DNA of 64,000 bases, from assembly GCA_965203055.1 (NCBI GenBank), contig OZ241863.1, forward strand, positions 4,493,820-4,557,819, given 5' to 3'. A program made the translations under genes and the position numbers. Positions 21,089 through 33,367 of this stretch are shown here, in pieces (positions within the stretch are counted from its first letter, which is position 1; the number at the start of each line of letters is the position of its first letter). Under the pieces are notes generated by a model. It did no database searches, was not told the origin of the DNA, and worked only from the letters and a program-made list of their open reading frames with translations. The DNA is from Spirochaetia bacterium (GTDB lineage Bacteria; Spirochaetota; Spirochaetia; SZUA-6; Bin103).

Positions 21089-21606
21089 TGTTGTGCCCTC
21101 CGCTTGATTCGCAACTCGTCGCGCAGAAAGGTGACCAGCAGCAGGATGCCGGCCACCACTACCGACGAGTCCGCGACGTTGAAGGTGGGGAAGCGCGCCC
21201 AGCCGAGCAGGCCGTAGAACTTCACGTCGATGAAGTCCACCACGCCCGCGGGGCGGAATACCCGGTCCACGAAATTTGCTACGCCCCCGCCGAGCACGGC
21301 CGCCAGGAGCCAGCGTTGGAGCTGCGACAGCTCGCTGGTGCGCAGATAGTAGAGCAGAATGACCGCTACCACCGCCAGGGGCAGAGCCAGAAACAGGGGC
21401 CGCCGCACCTCCGCCGGCAACCCATGTCCGATGGAGAAGGCGATTGCGGGATTCTGCAGCAGCGTGAGTCGCAGCAGGTCGCCGATCACCTCCACCGGCC
21501 GCCCGTAGGGCAGCGCGGCGATGGCGGCCGCCTTGGCCGCCTGATCGGCGGCCACGACCGCCGGGGCGAGGATGAGCGGCAGCAGTCGCCGCGGGCCGGC
21601 ACTCAC
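21085..21606 (-). CDS. lspA: Lipoprotein signal peptidase II
   Basis: DQAAK, NPAIAFS, NFVDR, VVDFI, FNVADS. Confidence 0.95.
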   Translation of the reverse strand: MSAGPRRLLPLILAPAVVAADQAAKAAAIAALPYGRPVEVIGDLLRLTLLQNPAIAFSIGHGLPAEVRRPLFLALPLAVVAVILLYYLRTSELSQLQRWLLAAVLGGGVANFVDRVFRPAGVVDFIDVKFYGLLGWARFPTFNVADSSVVVAGILLLVTFLRDELRIKRRAQQ

Positions 21607-22385
21607 AATCCCGTCGGCACGTCGATGAGGGTGGTGGCGACCCCGGCGTCGCGCGCCAGCCGTTGCGCGACGGCTCGCACCCCGTACACCTCGGACAGGT
21701 AGTGGCCGCCGCTCACCACGTTGATGCCCGCCTCCAGGGCGGCGTGATAGGTTTCGTGGGCCGCGTCGCCGGTCACGAACAGCTCGACGCCCGCGGCTAT
21801 GGCGGCGTCCAGGTCGCGCGTGCCGCCGCCGGAAACCAGCGCCACCCGGTCTATCCGGTCCGGCCCAAAGGGCAGCACCGCCAGACAGTTACGCTCGCCG
21901 CCGAACAGCGCGTCGGTGACCTGGGCCAGGGAGCGCGGTTCGGGCAGCCTCCCCTGCAGCCCCACCATGACGCCGCGGTACTCCCCGAACGGAGCGCGTT
22001 CGCGCAGCTCCAGGGCCTCCGCCATCCCGGCGTTGTTGCCCAGGGTGGGGTGGCAGTCCAGTGGCAGGTGCATGGCGTACAATGCCAGATCGTGCTCCAG
22101 CAGCCGGCGAACGCGCGCCAGGTGGGTCCCGGTAAGGGCCAGCGGGCGGCCCCAGAACAGGCCGTGATGGACGAACAGCAACTGGGCCCCCCAGTCGATG
22201 GCGCGCTGGAAGGTCTCCAGACAGGCGTCCACCGCGAACGCGGCGCGCGTTACCTCGCTGCCCGCGCGCCCCACCTGCAGGCCGTTCAGCGCCGGGTCGA
22301 CACCGTCGGCCCGGGCGCCGCGGGCGTTCTCCGGGCCGGCCAGCAGGAGGGTACGGACCATCTGATCGAACTCGTCAAGCCGCAC
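21603..22385 (-). CDS. Nif3-like dinuclear metal-centre protein
   Basis: NGLQV, HHGLFW, HLPLD.H...GNN, GHYLSE; GTG 22385 chosen. Confidence 0.92.
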   Translation of the reverse strand: MRLDEFDQMVRTLLLAGPENARGARADGVDPALNGLQVGRAGSEVTRAAFAVDACLETFQRAIDWGAQLLFVHHGLFWGRPLALTGTHLARVRRLLEHDLALYAMHLPLDCHPTLGNNAGMAEALELRERAPFGEYRGVMVGLQGRLPEPRSLAQVTDALFGGERNCLAVLPFGPDRIDRVALVSGGGTRDLDAAIAAGVELFVTGDAAHETYHAALEAGINVVSGGHYLSEVYGVRAVAQRLARDAGVATTLIDVPTGL

Positions 22386-22493
22386 GGTTGATCGCACCAG
22401 TATAACGCAACTCACGGGCGCGGCGGCGGCGCGCCGGTACCGGGCCGCCGCGCGGCCGAAAAGCGGCGCCGACCGCGCGCCGTAGTAGCAGAC

Positions 22494-22892
22494 ATGGCAA
22501 CGGAAACCAAGCCCCTAGCGGTGGTGGCAGTGGATACGCGACTGGTCGATCGACGGCTGCGGGTGAACGCGGTGGTACGCGACGCGCAGGGCAGGCGGTA
22601 CCTGGCACGGGTACCGGACCGCGAACTGGCCACCCTGCTGCCGCGCTCCATTCTGGCCGCGGACCGCAACCCGCCGGAGGAGGTGCTGGAAACGATTCGC
22701 GCCATCGTGGAGCGCCTGCTGACCGGGCGCCACGTGCGCCTCCGGGAACATCGCGACCGGCACTATCTGTCGTTTCTCTCCTGGCGCGAGGTGCGCTTCG
22801 CCGCCCCGCCGACTGCTCCGCCCGCCGTCTATACCCCGAACGAATCCATGAGCCGGTCGGTGAGAGAGTCCAGCACCTCGGCGTTGACGTAG
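22494..22892 (+). CDS. Hypothetical protein
   Basis: Host-like codon usage, globular-looking sequence (LPRSIL, YLSFLSWR); 3' end overlaps flgM. Confidence 0.6.
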   Translation: MATETKPLAVVAVDTRLVDRRLRVNAVVRDAQGRRYLARVPDRELATLLPRSILAADRNPPEEVLETIRAIVERLLTGRHVRLREHRDRHYLSFLSWREVRFAAPPTAPPAVYTPNESMSRSVRESSTSALT

Positions 22893-23116
22893 GCCGGGTC
22901 CTGCAGCTTGCGGGCCGCTTCGGCCACCAGATCGGTGCGCACGTCGGGACTGTTCAGGGCTATCTCGGTAGCCACCCGCAAGGCGTCGCTGGCGGACTGC
23001 GCCTCGGCGGATATCCGGACCGAATCGGCCTGCTCGGCGCCAGCCGCCGGGGCGGCGCCTTCCACCAGTTCGTAATGAGGAGTCGGATCGACGGGGCCAA
23101 CGCTTTCGATCGCCAT
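22829..23116 (-). CDS. flgM: Anti-sigma-28 factor
   Basis: 95 aa; DSVRISAEA, PDVRTDLV...KLQDPAY pattern of FlgM. Confidence 0.75.
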   Translation of the reverse strand: MAIESVGPVDPTPHYELVEGAAPAAGAEQADSVRISAEAQSASDALRVATEIALNSPDVRTDLVAEAARKLQDPAYVNAEVLDSLTDRLMDSFGV

Positions 23117-23220
23117 GCGCGACTTCCGAGGCGCATTATACCGGGAACGGCAAAGCGCGGCTACCTCCTGCCTGATCTTTCTGAGCGCGGCGTTGGCGCG
23201 CCCTCCGGGCGCCGCGCCGA

Positions 23221-23886
23221 CTACTCCGCGGTGACCAGCAGCGCCAACTCGCCAACTACCTTCGGCCGCGCGTTCATCTGCTGCAGCAGGTCCCCGGCCG
23301 TGCCGGCCAGCACCTCCTCGTGCAGCTTGGTCAATTCGCGGCCCAGCAGAATCCGCCGCGCCGGGGCCAGCGCGTGCAGCTCCTGCAAGGTCTTCAGCAG
23401 CCGGTGCGGCCCCTCGAACAGAACGAAGGGCGCGCCGCCGGCCAGCAATCGGTTCAGTTGCGCCCGGCGGCGCCCCGGCTTGGGCGAACAGAACCCGTAG
23501 ATCTGCACTCCCCGGGAAGATTCGCCCGACACGCTGAGGAGAGCCGTCACCGCCGAGGCGCCGGGCACCGGCAGCACCCGGAAGCCAGCCTCACGGGCTG
23601 CCCGCACGGCGCCGGTGCCGGGGTCGGAGATGCCCGGCGTACCCGCGTCGCTGACCAGGGCTACGTCCTGACCGGCGCGCAGCAATCCAAGCACCCGCCG
23701 CGCCCGGGTTTCGTCATGGCCGTAGGCGACGGTGGGAGTGGTGACGGCGTAGTGATGCAACAGGGTCCGGGTGCGGAGCGTATCCTCGCAGGCAATCACG
23801 TCCACCGCGCGCAGCACCTCCAGGGCGCGCATGGTGATGTCGCCCAGGTTGCCGATCGGGGTCGCGACCACGTACAGCACCGCCAT
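23221..23886 (-). CDS. rsmI: 16S rRNA C1402 2'-O-methyltransferase
   Basis: LYVVATPIGNLGDIT, CEDT, SDAGTPGISDPG, RELTKLHEE. Confidence 0.95.
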   Translation of the reverse strand: MAVLYVVATPIGNLGDITMRALEVLRAVDVIACEDTLRTRTLLHHYAVTTPTVAYGHDETRARRVLGLLRAGQDVALVSDAGTPGISDPGTGAVRAAREAGFRVLPVPGASAVTALLSVSGESSRGVQIYGFCSPKPGRRRAQLNRLLAGGAPFVLFEGPHRLLKTLQELHALAPARRILLGRELTKLHEEVLAGTAGDLLQQMNARPKVVGELALLVTAE

Positions 23887-23897
23887 GCTCGTTCAGT

Positions 23898-24665
23898 TCA
23901 GGCGTGCCAGCCGCCTGCGACCTTGAGGTTGGCCCCGGTAATGTAGGATGAGGCATCGCGCAGCAGGAACAGCACCGCGTTGGTCACGTCGTCGACCGAA
24001 GCGTAGCGGCCCGCCGGGATGGCCTGCTCCGCGCCGGGCGGCTTGCTGACCGAGTTATCGATGATGCCCGGCGACACCGCGTTGACGGTGATGCCGCGGC
24101 GGGCGTAGGCCGCGGCCAGGCTCTTGGTGAGGATCAGCACTCCGGTCTTGCCGATCAGGTAGGGGGTAAGGTTGGGCGCGGCGCGCAGGTGATCGGCGGC
24201 GGAGTCGGCGAAGTTGACGATTCGTCCGTAGCCGCGCTCGACCATGCCGGGCAGCGCCGCGCGGCAGGCGAGGAAGGTCACGGTTACCGTGGTGGCCAGC
24301 GCCCGCTCCCACTCGGCCGGGGTGACCGCGGCGATGTTCTTGACCAGGAAGGTCCCGACGTTGTTGACCAGGATATCCAGGCTGCCCGCGCGCGCGGTGA
24401 CGCGCTCCACCATCGCTTCGACCGCCGCCGGGTCGCGCAACTCGGCCTGGACGGTAAACGCCCGGCCGCCGGCGCCGGCGATTTCGCCGGCTGCCGCGGC
24501 CGCCTCATCCGCCTGCGAGCGGTAGTGCACCGCTACCTGCGCTCCCTGCCGCGCCAGCGCCAGCGCCACGCCTCGCCCGGTGCGCCGGCCGGCCCCCGTC
24601 ACCAGCGCCACGCGGCCTTGCAACTCGCCGCCGGCCGCCGCGCCGCCGGCTCCCGCGCCGGTCAT
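23898..24665 (-). CDS. SDR oxidoreductase, probably pteridine reductase/FolM-like
   Basis: TGAGRRTG, VAVHY, LVNN, YxxxK (YLIGK), NAVSPG; coupled to folK. Confidence 0.8.
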   Translation of the reverse strand: MTGAGAGGAAAGGELQGRVALVTGAGRRTGRGVALALARQGAQVAVHYRSQADEAAAAAGEIAGAGGRAFTVQAELRDPAAVEAMVERVTARAGSLDILVNNVGTFLVKNIAAVTPAEWERALATTVTVTFLACRAALPGMVERGYGRIVNFADSAADHLRAAPNLTPYLIGKTGVLILTKSLAAAYARRGITVNAVSPGIIDNSVSKPPGAEQAIPAGRYASVDDVTNAVLFLLRDASSYITGANLKVAGGWHA

Positions 24666-25171
24666 GCGCGGTGAGCGCGGGCGGGCGCCCGCGGCGCCGG
24701 CGCCCGGCGTACGATCTGGCGCCAGGTCACCGCGGCCAGCGCCGCGGCCAGACTGCTGCCGTCGCGCGGGTCGCGCGCCCGGGGCGCCAATTCCAACAGC
24801 GGCAATAGCATGAAGTCGCGCCCGCGCAGCCCCGGATGCGGCAGGGTAAGGCGCCGGCCGGCATGCACTTGGTCGCCGTACAGCAGCAGGTCGATGTCCA
24901 CCGTGCGCGGGCCGTTGCGCAGCGCCCGCCGCCGTCCCAACCGGCGCTCCACCCGCTGCGTGAAGTCCAACACCTGCAATGGCCGGTCCCGCGTTACCAC
25001 GTGCGCGGCGCAGTTCAGGAACCACGGTTGCTGCGTCACTCCCCACGGCAGCGTCTGGAACCAGGCGGAGACCCGCAGCAGCGAATAGCGCGCGCCCAGG
25101 AGCTCGAGCGCCTGCGCCAGGTGGCGCCGCGGCGCGATGTTGGAGCCGAGCGAGAGGTACAGGTCAGCCAT
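24662..25171 (-). CDS. folK: 6-hydroxymethyl-dihydropterin pyrophosphokinase
   Basis: YLSLGSN, FLN, GPRTVDIDLL, LPHP, RDFML. Confidence 0.95.
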   Translation of the reverse strand: MADLYLSLGSNIAPRRHLAQALELLGARYSLLRVSAWFQTLPWGVTQQPWFLNCAAHVVTRDRPLQVLDFTQRVERRLGRRRALRNGPRTVDIDLLLYGDQVHAGRRLTLPHPGLRGRDFMLLPLLELAPRARDPRDGSSLAAALAAVTWRQIVRRAPAPRAPARAHRA

Positions 25172-25982
25172 TGGCCGCTGCCGGCAACGCCGCCCGCCGG
25201 GCCCAGGCTTGCAGCGCCAGGGCCGGTTCATGGGCGCGCACGTAGTCTACCTGCGCGGCTGCCAGTTGGGCGGCGATCAGCAGCCGGCTGGAGAGCTCCG
25301 CCTTGCGCGCCAGGTAGGCCAGGGTCGGCGCCCCCAGCGCGGCCACCGCCGGCAGCGCGGCAATCGCCTGGATCTGGTACGCGATTCTGGTGGCGTCGTC
25401 GAACGAGGGATGGAAGATGCCGACGTTCGGGTCCAGGACTACGCGTTGCAGCCCGGCGCCGCGGGCGCGCGCCAGGGCCTCCCGCAGATAGTCGAGAATC
25501 GCCTCGCTGCCGTACGCCGCGGGGCGGCACGCGCGCATCGCGTAGGGGTCGGCGTAGGGCAGGTAGAGGATGCCGAGGGTGGCGCCGCGCTGCGCCACCG
25601 CCGCGCACAGCGCCGCGGAGGGCATGGCGCCGGTGAAGTTGATGAAGCTGGCGCCGCGGCTCAGGGCGCGCTCCGCGCACGACTCGCTCCAGGTGTCGAC
25701 CGCGGTCCGATAGCCGCCGGCCGCCATCGCCTCCAGCGCGGGCCGCAGCCGGCGCCACTCTTCGGCGTCGCTCACGCGCGGCCGGTCCGGGCTGATGGAA
25801 CGCGCGCCGAGCTCCACGTAATCGGCGCCGCCGGCGCGCAGGCGGGCGGCGCGCTCGCGCACGGCCGGCAGACCGGCGGCGTGGGAGCCGGGTACGTTCG
25901 ACTCCGCCGACAGATTGATGACGCCCAGAATGGTGGGCCGGCGCCGGGCCGCGGGGCGCCGCCGGCCGGCCTCAGCGGACAC
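25164..25982 (-). CDS. folP: Dihydropteroate synthase-like protein (divergent)
   Basis: GVIN, VDT, IN, LDP, RK, RAH spaced as in DHPS; lies between folB and folK. Confidence 0.8.
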   Translation of the reverse strand: MSAEAGRRRPAARRRPTILGVINLSAESNVPGSHAAGLPAVRERAARLRAGGADYVELGARSISPDRPRVSDAEEWRRLRPALEAMAAGGYRTAVDTWSESCAERALSRGASFINFTGAMPSAALCAAVAQRGATLGILYLPYADPYAMRACRPAAYGSEAILDYLREALARARGAGLQRVVLDPNVGIFHPSFDDATRIAYQIQAIAALPAVAALGAPTLAYLARKAELSSRLLIAAQLAAAQVDYVRAHEPALALQAWARRAALPAAANG

Positions 25983-26322
25983 GGAGGATCTCGACTCCCG
26001 CGTCCCTGGCGCCGGCGACCGCGGCCGGCTTGCGGACGGTCACGCGCACCTCCGCGGCCAGCTCCGACTGCAGCGCGCAACGCGCGAGGTCCTCGGCCAT
26101 GGTCTCCAGCAGCCGGTAGCGTCCCGCTACCACCAGCTCCCGCGCCCGCTGCGCCAGCGCGGCGTAGTCGATGGTGTGGGCCAGGTCACCCGAACCGGCC
26201 GCCCGCGCCAGGTCGGTTCCGACCTCCAGACTGACCAGCACCTCCTGCGGGATGACGCGTTCGGCGGGGAGCAAGCCCACGATGCAGCGGATGCGCAGCT
26301 CGCGAATGACGACGCGGTCCAC
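25972..26322 (-). CDS. folB: Dihydroneopterin aldolase
   Basis: IVG...ER...Q, TIDY, LLE, KP. Confidence 0.93.
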   Translation of the reverse strand: MDRVVIRELRIRCIVGLLPAERVIPQEVLVSLEVGTDLARAAGSGDLAHTIDYAALAQRARELVVAGRYRLLETMAEDLARCALQSELAAEVRVTVRKPAAVAGARDAGVEILRVR

Positions 26323-26343
26323 GTGCGCGGCGCTCCGCTCCGG

Positions 26344-26943
26344 TCAGGAGCCCAGCAACTGCAGGAACTCGGCGCGCGTGGAGTGGGAGTCGCGAAAGCT
26401 GCCGAGCATGCAGGAAGTCTTCATTTGCGAATGCTGCTTCTCGACGCCGCGCATCATCACGCACAGATGGCTGGCTTCCACCACCACGCCGACGCCCTGC
26501 GCTCCGACCATGGTCTGCACCGCCTTGGCGACCTGGGTGGTGAGCCGCTCCTGGATTTGCAGGCGCCGGGCGAAGTGGTTGACGATGCGCGGGATCTTGG
26601 AGAGTCCGATGATCCGGCGCTGCGGAATGTAGGCGACGTGGCACTGGCCGATGAATGGCAGCAGGTGGTGCTCGCACAGCGAGTAGGTCTCGATGTTGCG
26701 CACCATGATCATCTCGTCCGATTCCGAATCGAAGATGGCGCCATTGACGATGGTATGCAGATCTTCGCCATACCCGGCGGTAAGGTCGATCAGTGCGCGC
26801 GCCGCCCGGTCCGGGGTGCGCAGCAGGCCCTCGCGGTCGCTATCCTCTCCCAGTTCCCGTATAATCCGGCGGTAGCACGCGGCGATCGCGGTCTGCGCGC
26901 CGGCGGCGCTTGGAGGATCGGCGGGCGGTGGTTCGGCGCTCAC
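26344..26943 (-). CDS. folE: GTP cyclohydrolase I
   Basis: [35 protein letters not shown]. Confidence 0.97.
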   Translation of the reverse strand: MSAEPPPADPPSAAGAQTAIAACYRRIIRELGEDSDREGLLRTPDRAARALIDLTAGYGEDLHTIVNGAIFDSESDEMIMVRNIETYSLCEHHLLPFIGQCHVAYIPQRRIIGLSKIPRIVNHFARRLQIQERLTTQVAKAVQTMVGAQGVGVVVEASHLCVMMRGVEKQHSQMKTSCMLGSFRDSHSTRAEFLQLLGS

Positions 26944-27036
26944 GGTGAGCGGAATATAGAACCGGCGCGCGCGGCCGACAAGCGGCGCGCCGCGGGCGTG
27001 ACGCGCGCCGCGGTCCGGGAACAGGAGGCTTGGCAG

Positions 27037-27990
27037 ATGGTTGGAAGAGCCAGGATCGCAGTGATCGGCGCCGGCAACGTCGGCGCCTCATGCGCGCTCT
27101 GGATCGCGTCGCGCCAGCTCGGCGACGTGGTGCTGGTGGACATACCGCAGTTGGAGAAGCCGACCAGAGGCAAGGCGCTGGATCTGTACCAGTGCGCCCC
27201 GATCGGACGCTTCGATTGCACCGTGACCGGCACCTCCGACTACGCCGACATCGCCGGCGCCGACGTGGTGGTGCTCACCGCCGGGGTGCCGCGCAAGCCC
27301 GGCATGAGCCGCGACGATCTGATCAAGACCAACGTCGCCATCGTGCGCAGCGTGAGCGAACAGCTCGTCGCCCACGCTCCCGACAGCATCGTGATCGTGG
27401 TGAGCAACCCGCTCGACGCGATGGTGTACACCGCCTGGAAGGTGACCGGCTTCGCGACCAACCGCATCGTCGGCCAGGCGGGCTGTCTGGACATCGCCCG
27501 CTTCAAGACCTTCATCGCCGAGGAGACCGGCTTCTCGGTGGAGGACATCAACACCCTGCTGCTGGGCGGGCACGGCGACGACATGGTGCCGCTGCCCCGC
27601 TTCACCAACGTCGCCGGGATTCCGGTGACCGAATTCATCAGCGAGCAGCGCTTGGCGGAGCTGGTGGAACGCGCCAAGCAGGGCGGCGGCGAGCTGGTGG
27701 GGCTGCTCGGCACCAGCGCCTGGTATGCGCCGGCCGCGGCGGTGACGCAGATGGTGGAGGCGATCGTGCGCGACAAGAAGCGCATCCTGCCGTGCGCGGG
27801 CTACTGCGCCGGCCACTACGGGATCGACGGCCTGTTCGTCGGCGTTCCCTGCGTGCTTGGCGCCGGCGGCATGGAACGGGTGTTGGAGGTGCGCCTGCAG
27901 CCGCACGAACAGCGCCTGCTGGACGAATCCGCGGCGCACGTGGGCGAGCTGGTGGCGGTCGTCCGCCGGCACTATCCGGAGCTGGCCTGA
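27037..27990 (+). CDS. mdh: Malate dehydrogenase (LDH-like)
   Basis: [33 protein letters not shown] 27037 after AGGAGG. Confidence 0.95.
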   Translation: MVGRARIAVIGAGNVGASCALWIASRQLGDVVLVDIPQLEKPTRGKALDLYQCAPIGRFDCTVTGTSDYADIAGADVVVLTAGVPRKPGMSRDDLIKTNVAIVRSVSEQLVAHAPDSIVIVVSNPLDAMVYTAWKVTGFATNRIVGQAGCLDIARFKTFIAEETGFSVEDINTLLLGGHGDDMVPLPRFTNVAGIPVTEFISEQRLAELVERAKQGGGELVGLLGTSAWYAPAAAVTQMVEAIVRDKKRILPCAGYCAGHYGIDGLFVGVPCVLGAGGMERVLEVRLQPHEQRLLDESAAHVGELVAVVRRHYPELA

Positions 27991-27992
27991 CC

Positions 27993-29423
<1,431 letters not shown>

Positions 29424-29467
29424 AGCAGGGCTCCGCATGCCGCCAACACGTGATTACCCTGGGACCG

Positions 29468-30253
29468 TCAAGTGTCCAGCAGGTTCATCATCCCGATTGC
29501 TGCCGAAACTCCTTGCACTCCCTTGGCGGCCAGGAACTCGCGGTTGAGGCGGGCGATGTTGGCGAAGGAGATCTCCTTGGGGCAGTCGCCCTCGCACTCG
29601 CGCTCGTTGGTGCAGTTGCCGAAGCCGGCGGCGTCCATCGCCGCGACCATGGCGACGGCGCGGCGGCGGCGCTCCGGAGCGCCCTGCGGCAGGAGGGCGA
29701 GCTGCGCCACCTTGGCGCCGGTGAACAGCATCGCCGCGGCGTTCTTGCAGGAGGCGACGCAGGCGCCGCAGCCGATGCAGGCGGCCGCGTCCATCGCCTG
29801 GTCGGCGTCGGCGCGCGGCACCGGCAGGGAGTTGGCCTCCGGCGCGCTGCCGGTGTTGACCGAAATGAAGCCGCCGGCCTGGATCACGCGGTCGAAGGCG
29901 GAGCGGTCCACCACCAAGTCCTTGATGACCGGGAAGGCGCGCGCCCGCCACGGCTCCACCACGATGCGCGCGCCATTGTGAAACGACCGCAGGTGGAGCT
30001 GGCACACCGTGACCCCGCGCAGCGGCCCGTGGGGACGGCCGTTGATCAGGAACCCGCAGGAGCCGCAGATCCCCTCGCGGCAGTCGTGCTCGAACGCCAC
30101 CGGTTCCTCGCCGCGGCGCTCCAGCCCGTCGTTGAGCGCGTCGAGCAATTCCAGGAACGACATGTCGGGGTCCGCGTCGTCCATTTCATAGGTGGCGAAG
30201 CGGCCGCGGTCGGCCGGCCCCGCCTGCCGCCAGACCTCCAGGTGCAGTGTCAC
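29468..30253 (-). CDS. sdhB: Succinate dehydrogenase/fumarate reductase iron-sulfur subunit
   Basis: [32 protein letters not shown]. Confidence 0.95.
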   Translation of the reverse strand: MTLHLEVWRQAGPADRGRFATYEMDDADPDMSFLELLDALNDGLERRGEEPVAFEHDCREGICGSCGFLINGRPHGPLRGVTVCQLHLRSFHNGARIVVEPWRARAFPVIKDLVVDRSAFDRVIQAGGFISVNTGSAPEANSLPVPRADADQAMDAAACIGCGACVASCKNAAAMLFTGAKVAQLALLPQGAPERRRRAVAMVAAMDAAGFGNCTNERECEGDCPKEISFANIARLNREFLAAKGVQGVSAAIGMMNLLDT

Positions 30254-30263
30254 GCCATGTTCC

Positions 30264-32186
30264 TCACTTATAGCTCCGCATGGTGGGATGGACCTCATCG
30301 AATACCAGCGGCTCGCGGTGCGGCAGCGCCGGTTCCCCCGCGCCGCGATACTCCCACGCCGCCACGTGAGCGAACTCGGCGTCGTTCCGCACCGCCTCGT
30401 GATCGCCGCTCTGATGCTCCTCGCGGAAGTGGGAGCCGCACGATTCGTTGCGCGCCAGGGCGTCCTGGATCACCACCTCCGCGAACTCCAGGAAGTCGGC
30501 CACCCGCCCGGCGCGTTCCAGCGGCTGATTGAGATCTTCCGCCGCCCCCGGCACGTTCACTTCGCGCCAGAACCGCTCCCGCAGCTCCGGCACCGCGGCG
30601 GCCGCTTCCCGCAGTCCGGTTTCGTGGCGCGACATCCCGCACCGCTCCCACATGATCCGCCCCAGCTCGCGGTGGAAGTGGTCCACCGGCTTGTCGCCGG
30701 CCACGGCGAGCAGGCGCCGGGTGCGTTCCTGCGCGGCCGACTCCGCGTCCCGGAAGGCGGGAGCGCCGGCCTCGGCGGCGCCGGGCGTCACGCCGGCAAG
30801 GTAGCCGCCGATGGTGGCGGGCAGCACGAAGTAGCCGTCCGCCAAGCCCTGCATCAGCGCGCTGGCGCCGAGCCGGTTGGCCCCATGGTCGGAGAAGTTG
30901 GCTTCGCCGATCACGAACAGCCCCGGTATGGTGCTCATCAGGTTGTAGTCCACCCACAACCCGCCCATGGTGTAGTGGACCGCGGGGAAGATGCGCATCG
31001 GGGTGTGGTAGGCATCTTCGCCGGTGATCTGCCGATACATCTGGAACAGGTTGCCGTACTTCTCCTCGACCGCGGCGCGCCCCATGCGCGCCAGGGCGTC
31101 GCGGAAGTCGAGGTAGACCGCCTGGCCGGTGGCGCCCACGCCGAGGCCGCGGTCGCACGCCTCCTTGGCGGCGCGGGAGGCCACGTCGCGCGGCACCAGG
31201 TTGCCGAACGCCGGGTAGCGCTCCTCCAGGAAGTAGGTGCGCGCCGCGTCGGGAATCTCCGCCGGCGGACGAGTGTCGCCGCGCCGCCGCGGCACCCACA
31301 CGCGGCCGTCGTTGCGCAGGCTCTCGCTCATCAGGGTGAGTTTGCATTGATGATCGCCGGACACCGGGATGCAGGTGGGGTGAATCTGCACGAAGCAGGG
31401 GTTGGCGAACAGCGCGCCGCGCTTGCAGGCGCGCCAGGTGGCGGTGACGTTGCTTGCCTTGGCGTTGGTGGACAGATAGTAGAGGTTGCCGTAGCCGCCG
31501 GTGGCCAGCACTACCGCGTCCGCGGCGTGCGACCGCATCGCTCCGGTCACCAGGTCCCGCGTCACGATGCCGCGCGCGGCGCCGTCCGCCACCACCAGGT
31601 CCAGCATCTCATGGCGCGGATGCATGGCCACGGCGCCGCGCCCGATCTGGCGGCTCAACGCGCCGTAGGCGCCGAGCAGGAGTTGTTGGCCGGTCTGGCC
31701 GCGCGCGTAGAAGGTGCGCGACACCTGGGCGCCGCCGAAGGAGCGGTTGGCCAACAGGCCGCTGTATTCGCGGGCGAACGGCACCCCCTGGGCCACGCAC
31801 TGGTCGATGATCGCGTTGCTCACCTCGGCCAGGCGGTAGACGTTGGCCTCGCGCGCGCGGTAGTCGCCGCCCTTGATGGTGTCGTAGAACAGCCGGTATA
31901 CGCTGTCGCCGTCGTTGGGGTAGTTCTTGGCGGCATTGATGCCGCCCTGGGCGGCGATGCTGTGGGCGCGGCGCGGACTGTCCTGAATGCAGAAGCAGCT
32001 CACGCGGTAGCCCAGTTCCGCCAGTGACGCGGCGGCGGCGGCGCCGGCCAGACCGCTGCCTACCACGATGACCGAGTAGCGGCGCTTGTTGGCCGGGTTG
32101 ACCAGGGGCAGCTCGAAGCGGTGGCGCGCCCACTTCTCGACCAGCGGACCGGCGGGAACCTTGCTGTCGAGCATCGTCTCAGCCAT
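30264..32186 (-). CDS. sdhA: Succinate dehydrogenase/fumarate reductase flavoprotein subunit
   Basis: [33 protein letters not shown]. Confidence 0.96.
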   Translation of the reverse strand: MAETMLDSKVPAGPLVEKWARHRFELPLVNPANKRRYSVIVVGSGLAGAAAAASLAELGYRVSCFCIQDSPRRAHSIAAQGGINAAKNYPNDGDSVYRLFYDTIKGGDYRAREANVYRLAEVSNAIIDQCVAQGVPFAREYSGLLANRSFGGAQVSRTFYARGQTGQQLLLGAYGALSRQIGRGAVAMHPRHEMLDLVVADGAARGIVTRDLVTGAMRSHAADAVVLATGGYGNLYYLSTNAKASNVTATWRACKRGALFANPCFVQIHPTCIPVSGDHQCKLTLMSESLRNDGRVWVPRRRGDTRPPAEIPDAARTYFLEERYPAFGNLVPRDVASRAAKEACDRGLGVGATGQAVYLDFRDALARMGRAAVEEKYGNLFQMYRQITGEDAYHTPMRIFPAVHYTMGGLWVDYNLMSTIPGLFVIGEANFSDHGANRLGASALMQGLADGYFVLPATIGGYLAGVTPGAAEAGAPAFRDAESAAQERTRRLLAVAGDKPVDHFHRELGRIMWERCGMSRHETGLREAAAAVPELRERFWREVNVPGAAEDLNQPLERAGRVADFLEFAEVVIQDALARNESCGSHFREEHQSGDHEAVRNDAEFAHVAAWEYRGAGEPALPHREPLVFDEVHPTMRSYK

Positions 32187-32841
32187 ACGTACCTCGGATG
32201 AAGAACACGATCGGCAGCGAAGCGAACGCGGCGGCGAACCCGACCGCCAGCGCCAGCCCGAGCCCGCGCAACAGCGGGGTGTAGCGCTGATGCTCGACGC
32301 CGAGGGTACGCAGTGCGCTCAGCACGCCGTGCGCCAGATGCAGGCCGAGCAGGACCATGGCGACTACGTACAGCGCGGCGTAGCCGGGCAGGGCGAAGGT
32401 CTCGGTCACTACCCGGTAGAGCGACTCGCCGTCGGCGGCGCGCCCGAAGCGCGCCTCCCAGAAGAAGTTGCGCAGGTGCACCACGATGAAGATGAACACC
32501 ACGCTGCCGCTCACGGCCATGGTGCGCGAGGCCAGGTTGCTGAAGCCGGCGCGGCGTTTCATGCGGTAGCGTTGCGGGCGGGCGCGCCGATTCTCGATGG
32601 TCAGGCGCACGCCATTGCCGGCGTGCGCGATGATCGCCAGAAACAGCACCACCTCCACCACGCGGACCAACACGTTGCTCGAAATCGACTTGGCGTGAGC
32701 GTTGAACGCCTCCTCGCCGGCGTACAGGTACAGATTGCCGTACAAGTGCACCGCCAGGAACAACACCAGGAACAGGCCGGTTACCGCCATCAGCAGCTTC
32801 TTGCCGATGGACGTGGAGAGCAGATCGAACAGCCAGCGCAT
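32179..32841 (-). CDS. sdhC: Succinate dehydrogenase cytochrome b558 subunit (five-helix type)
   Basis: KKLLMAVTG, His residues in successive TM helices (VHL, AHA, VHL, HLAHG). Confidence 0.92.
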   Translation of the reverse strand: MRWLFDLLSTSIGKKLLMAVTGLFLVLFLAVHLYGNLYLYAGEEAFNAHAKSISSNVLVRVVEVVLFLAIIAHAGNGVRLTIENRRARPQRYRMKRRAGFSNLASRTMAVSGSVVFIFIVVHLRNFFWEARFGRAADGESLYRVVTETFALPGYAALYVVAMVLLGLHLAHGVLSALRTLGVEHQRYTPLLRGLGLALAVGFAAAFASLPIVFFIRGTYG

Positions 32842-32862
32842 CGGAGCGAGTACTTACCGTAG

Positions 32863-32891
32863 ATTGTACCCCAAGCCCGATCGCCGTTCAA
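32863..32891 (-). promoter_or_regulatory. Sigma70 promoter of sdhCAB
   Basis: TTGAAC-N17-TACAAT, 21 nt upstream of the sdhC start. Confidence 0.65.
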
Positions 32892-32912
32892 CGAGGGCGC
32901 AGGTAGGTAGCG

Positions 32913-33367
32913 TCAGGTGGATCTGCGGCCTAGCAAGGCCTCGAGTTCCGCCACCCGCGCTTCGGCCTCTTGGCGAGCGGCCGCTTCCTGTTGGACGCGG
33001 GTTTCTGCGGCTTGGCGAGCGGCCGCTTCCTCCTCTGCGCGCTGCTTGCCCGTGGGGATCAACTCGCCCTGCGCGTCCGTCCAGCGCAGCCACCGGTTGC
33101 GCACGCCCTCGAACTCCTCCTCCCACAGCGTCATCCCCAGACCCAGGGATTCGATGTCGAAACCGGCGCCGGCACGGCCAGCGCAGCGGTCCCTTTCGCT
33201 ACCTGGACCGGGGCGACCGGCGGCGCGTTCGCCAGCGGCCGCGCCGGCAGGGGCGCCGGAGACCGGTCGGGCCTCCGAACCACGTCCGGCGCCGGCCGCG
33301 CTACGGCGGGCTCGGCGGCGCGCGCGTCAGGCGCGGAACGACCGGTCGGGAATGACGGCGAGTCCAT
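32913..33367 (-). pseudogene. Uma2-family endonuclease remnant lacking the nuclease core
   Basis: C-terminal LGLGMTLW...WLRWTD..GELIPT plus EAAARQ coiled-coil tail, joined out of frame to a Pro/Ala-rich N-terminal ORF starting at ATG 33367. Confidence 0.65.
32969..33031. repeat. 21-bp direct repeat with 42-bp period (coiled-coil tail)
   Basis: CTTGGCGAGCGGCCGCTTCCT at 32969-32989 and 33011-33031. Confidence 0.9.
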
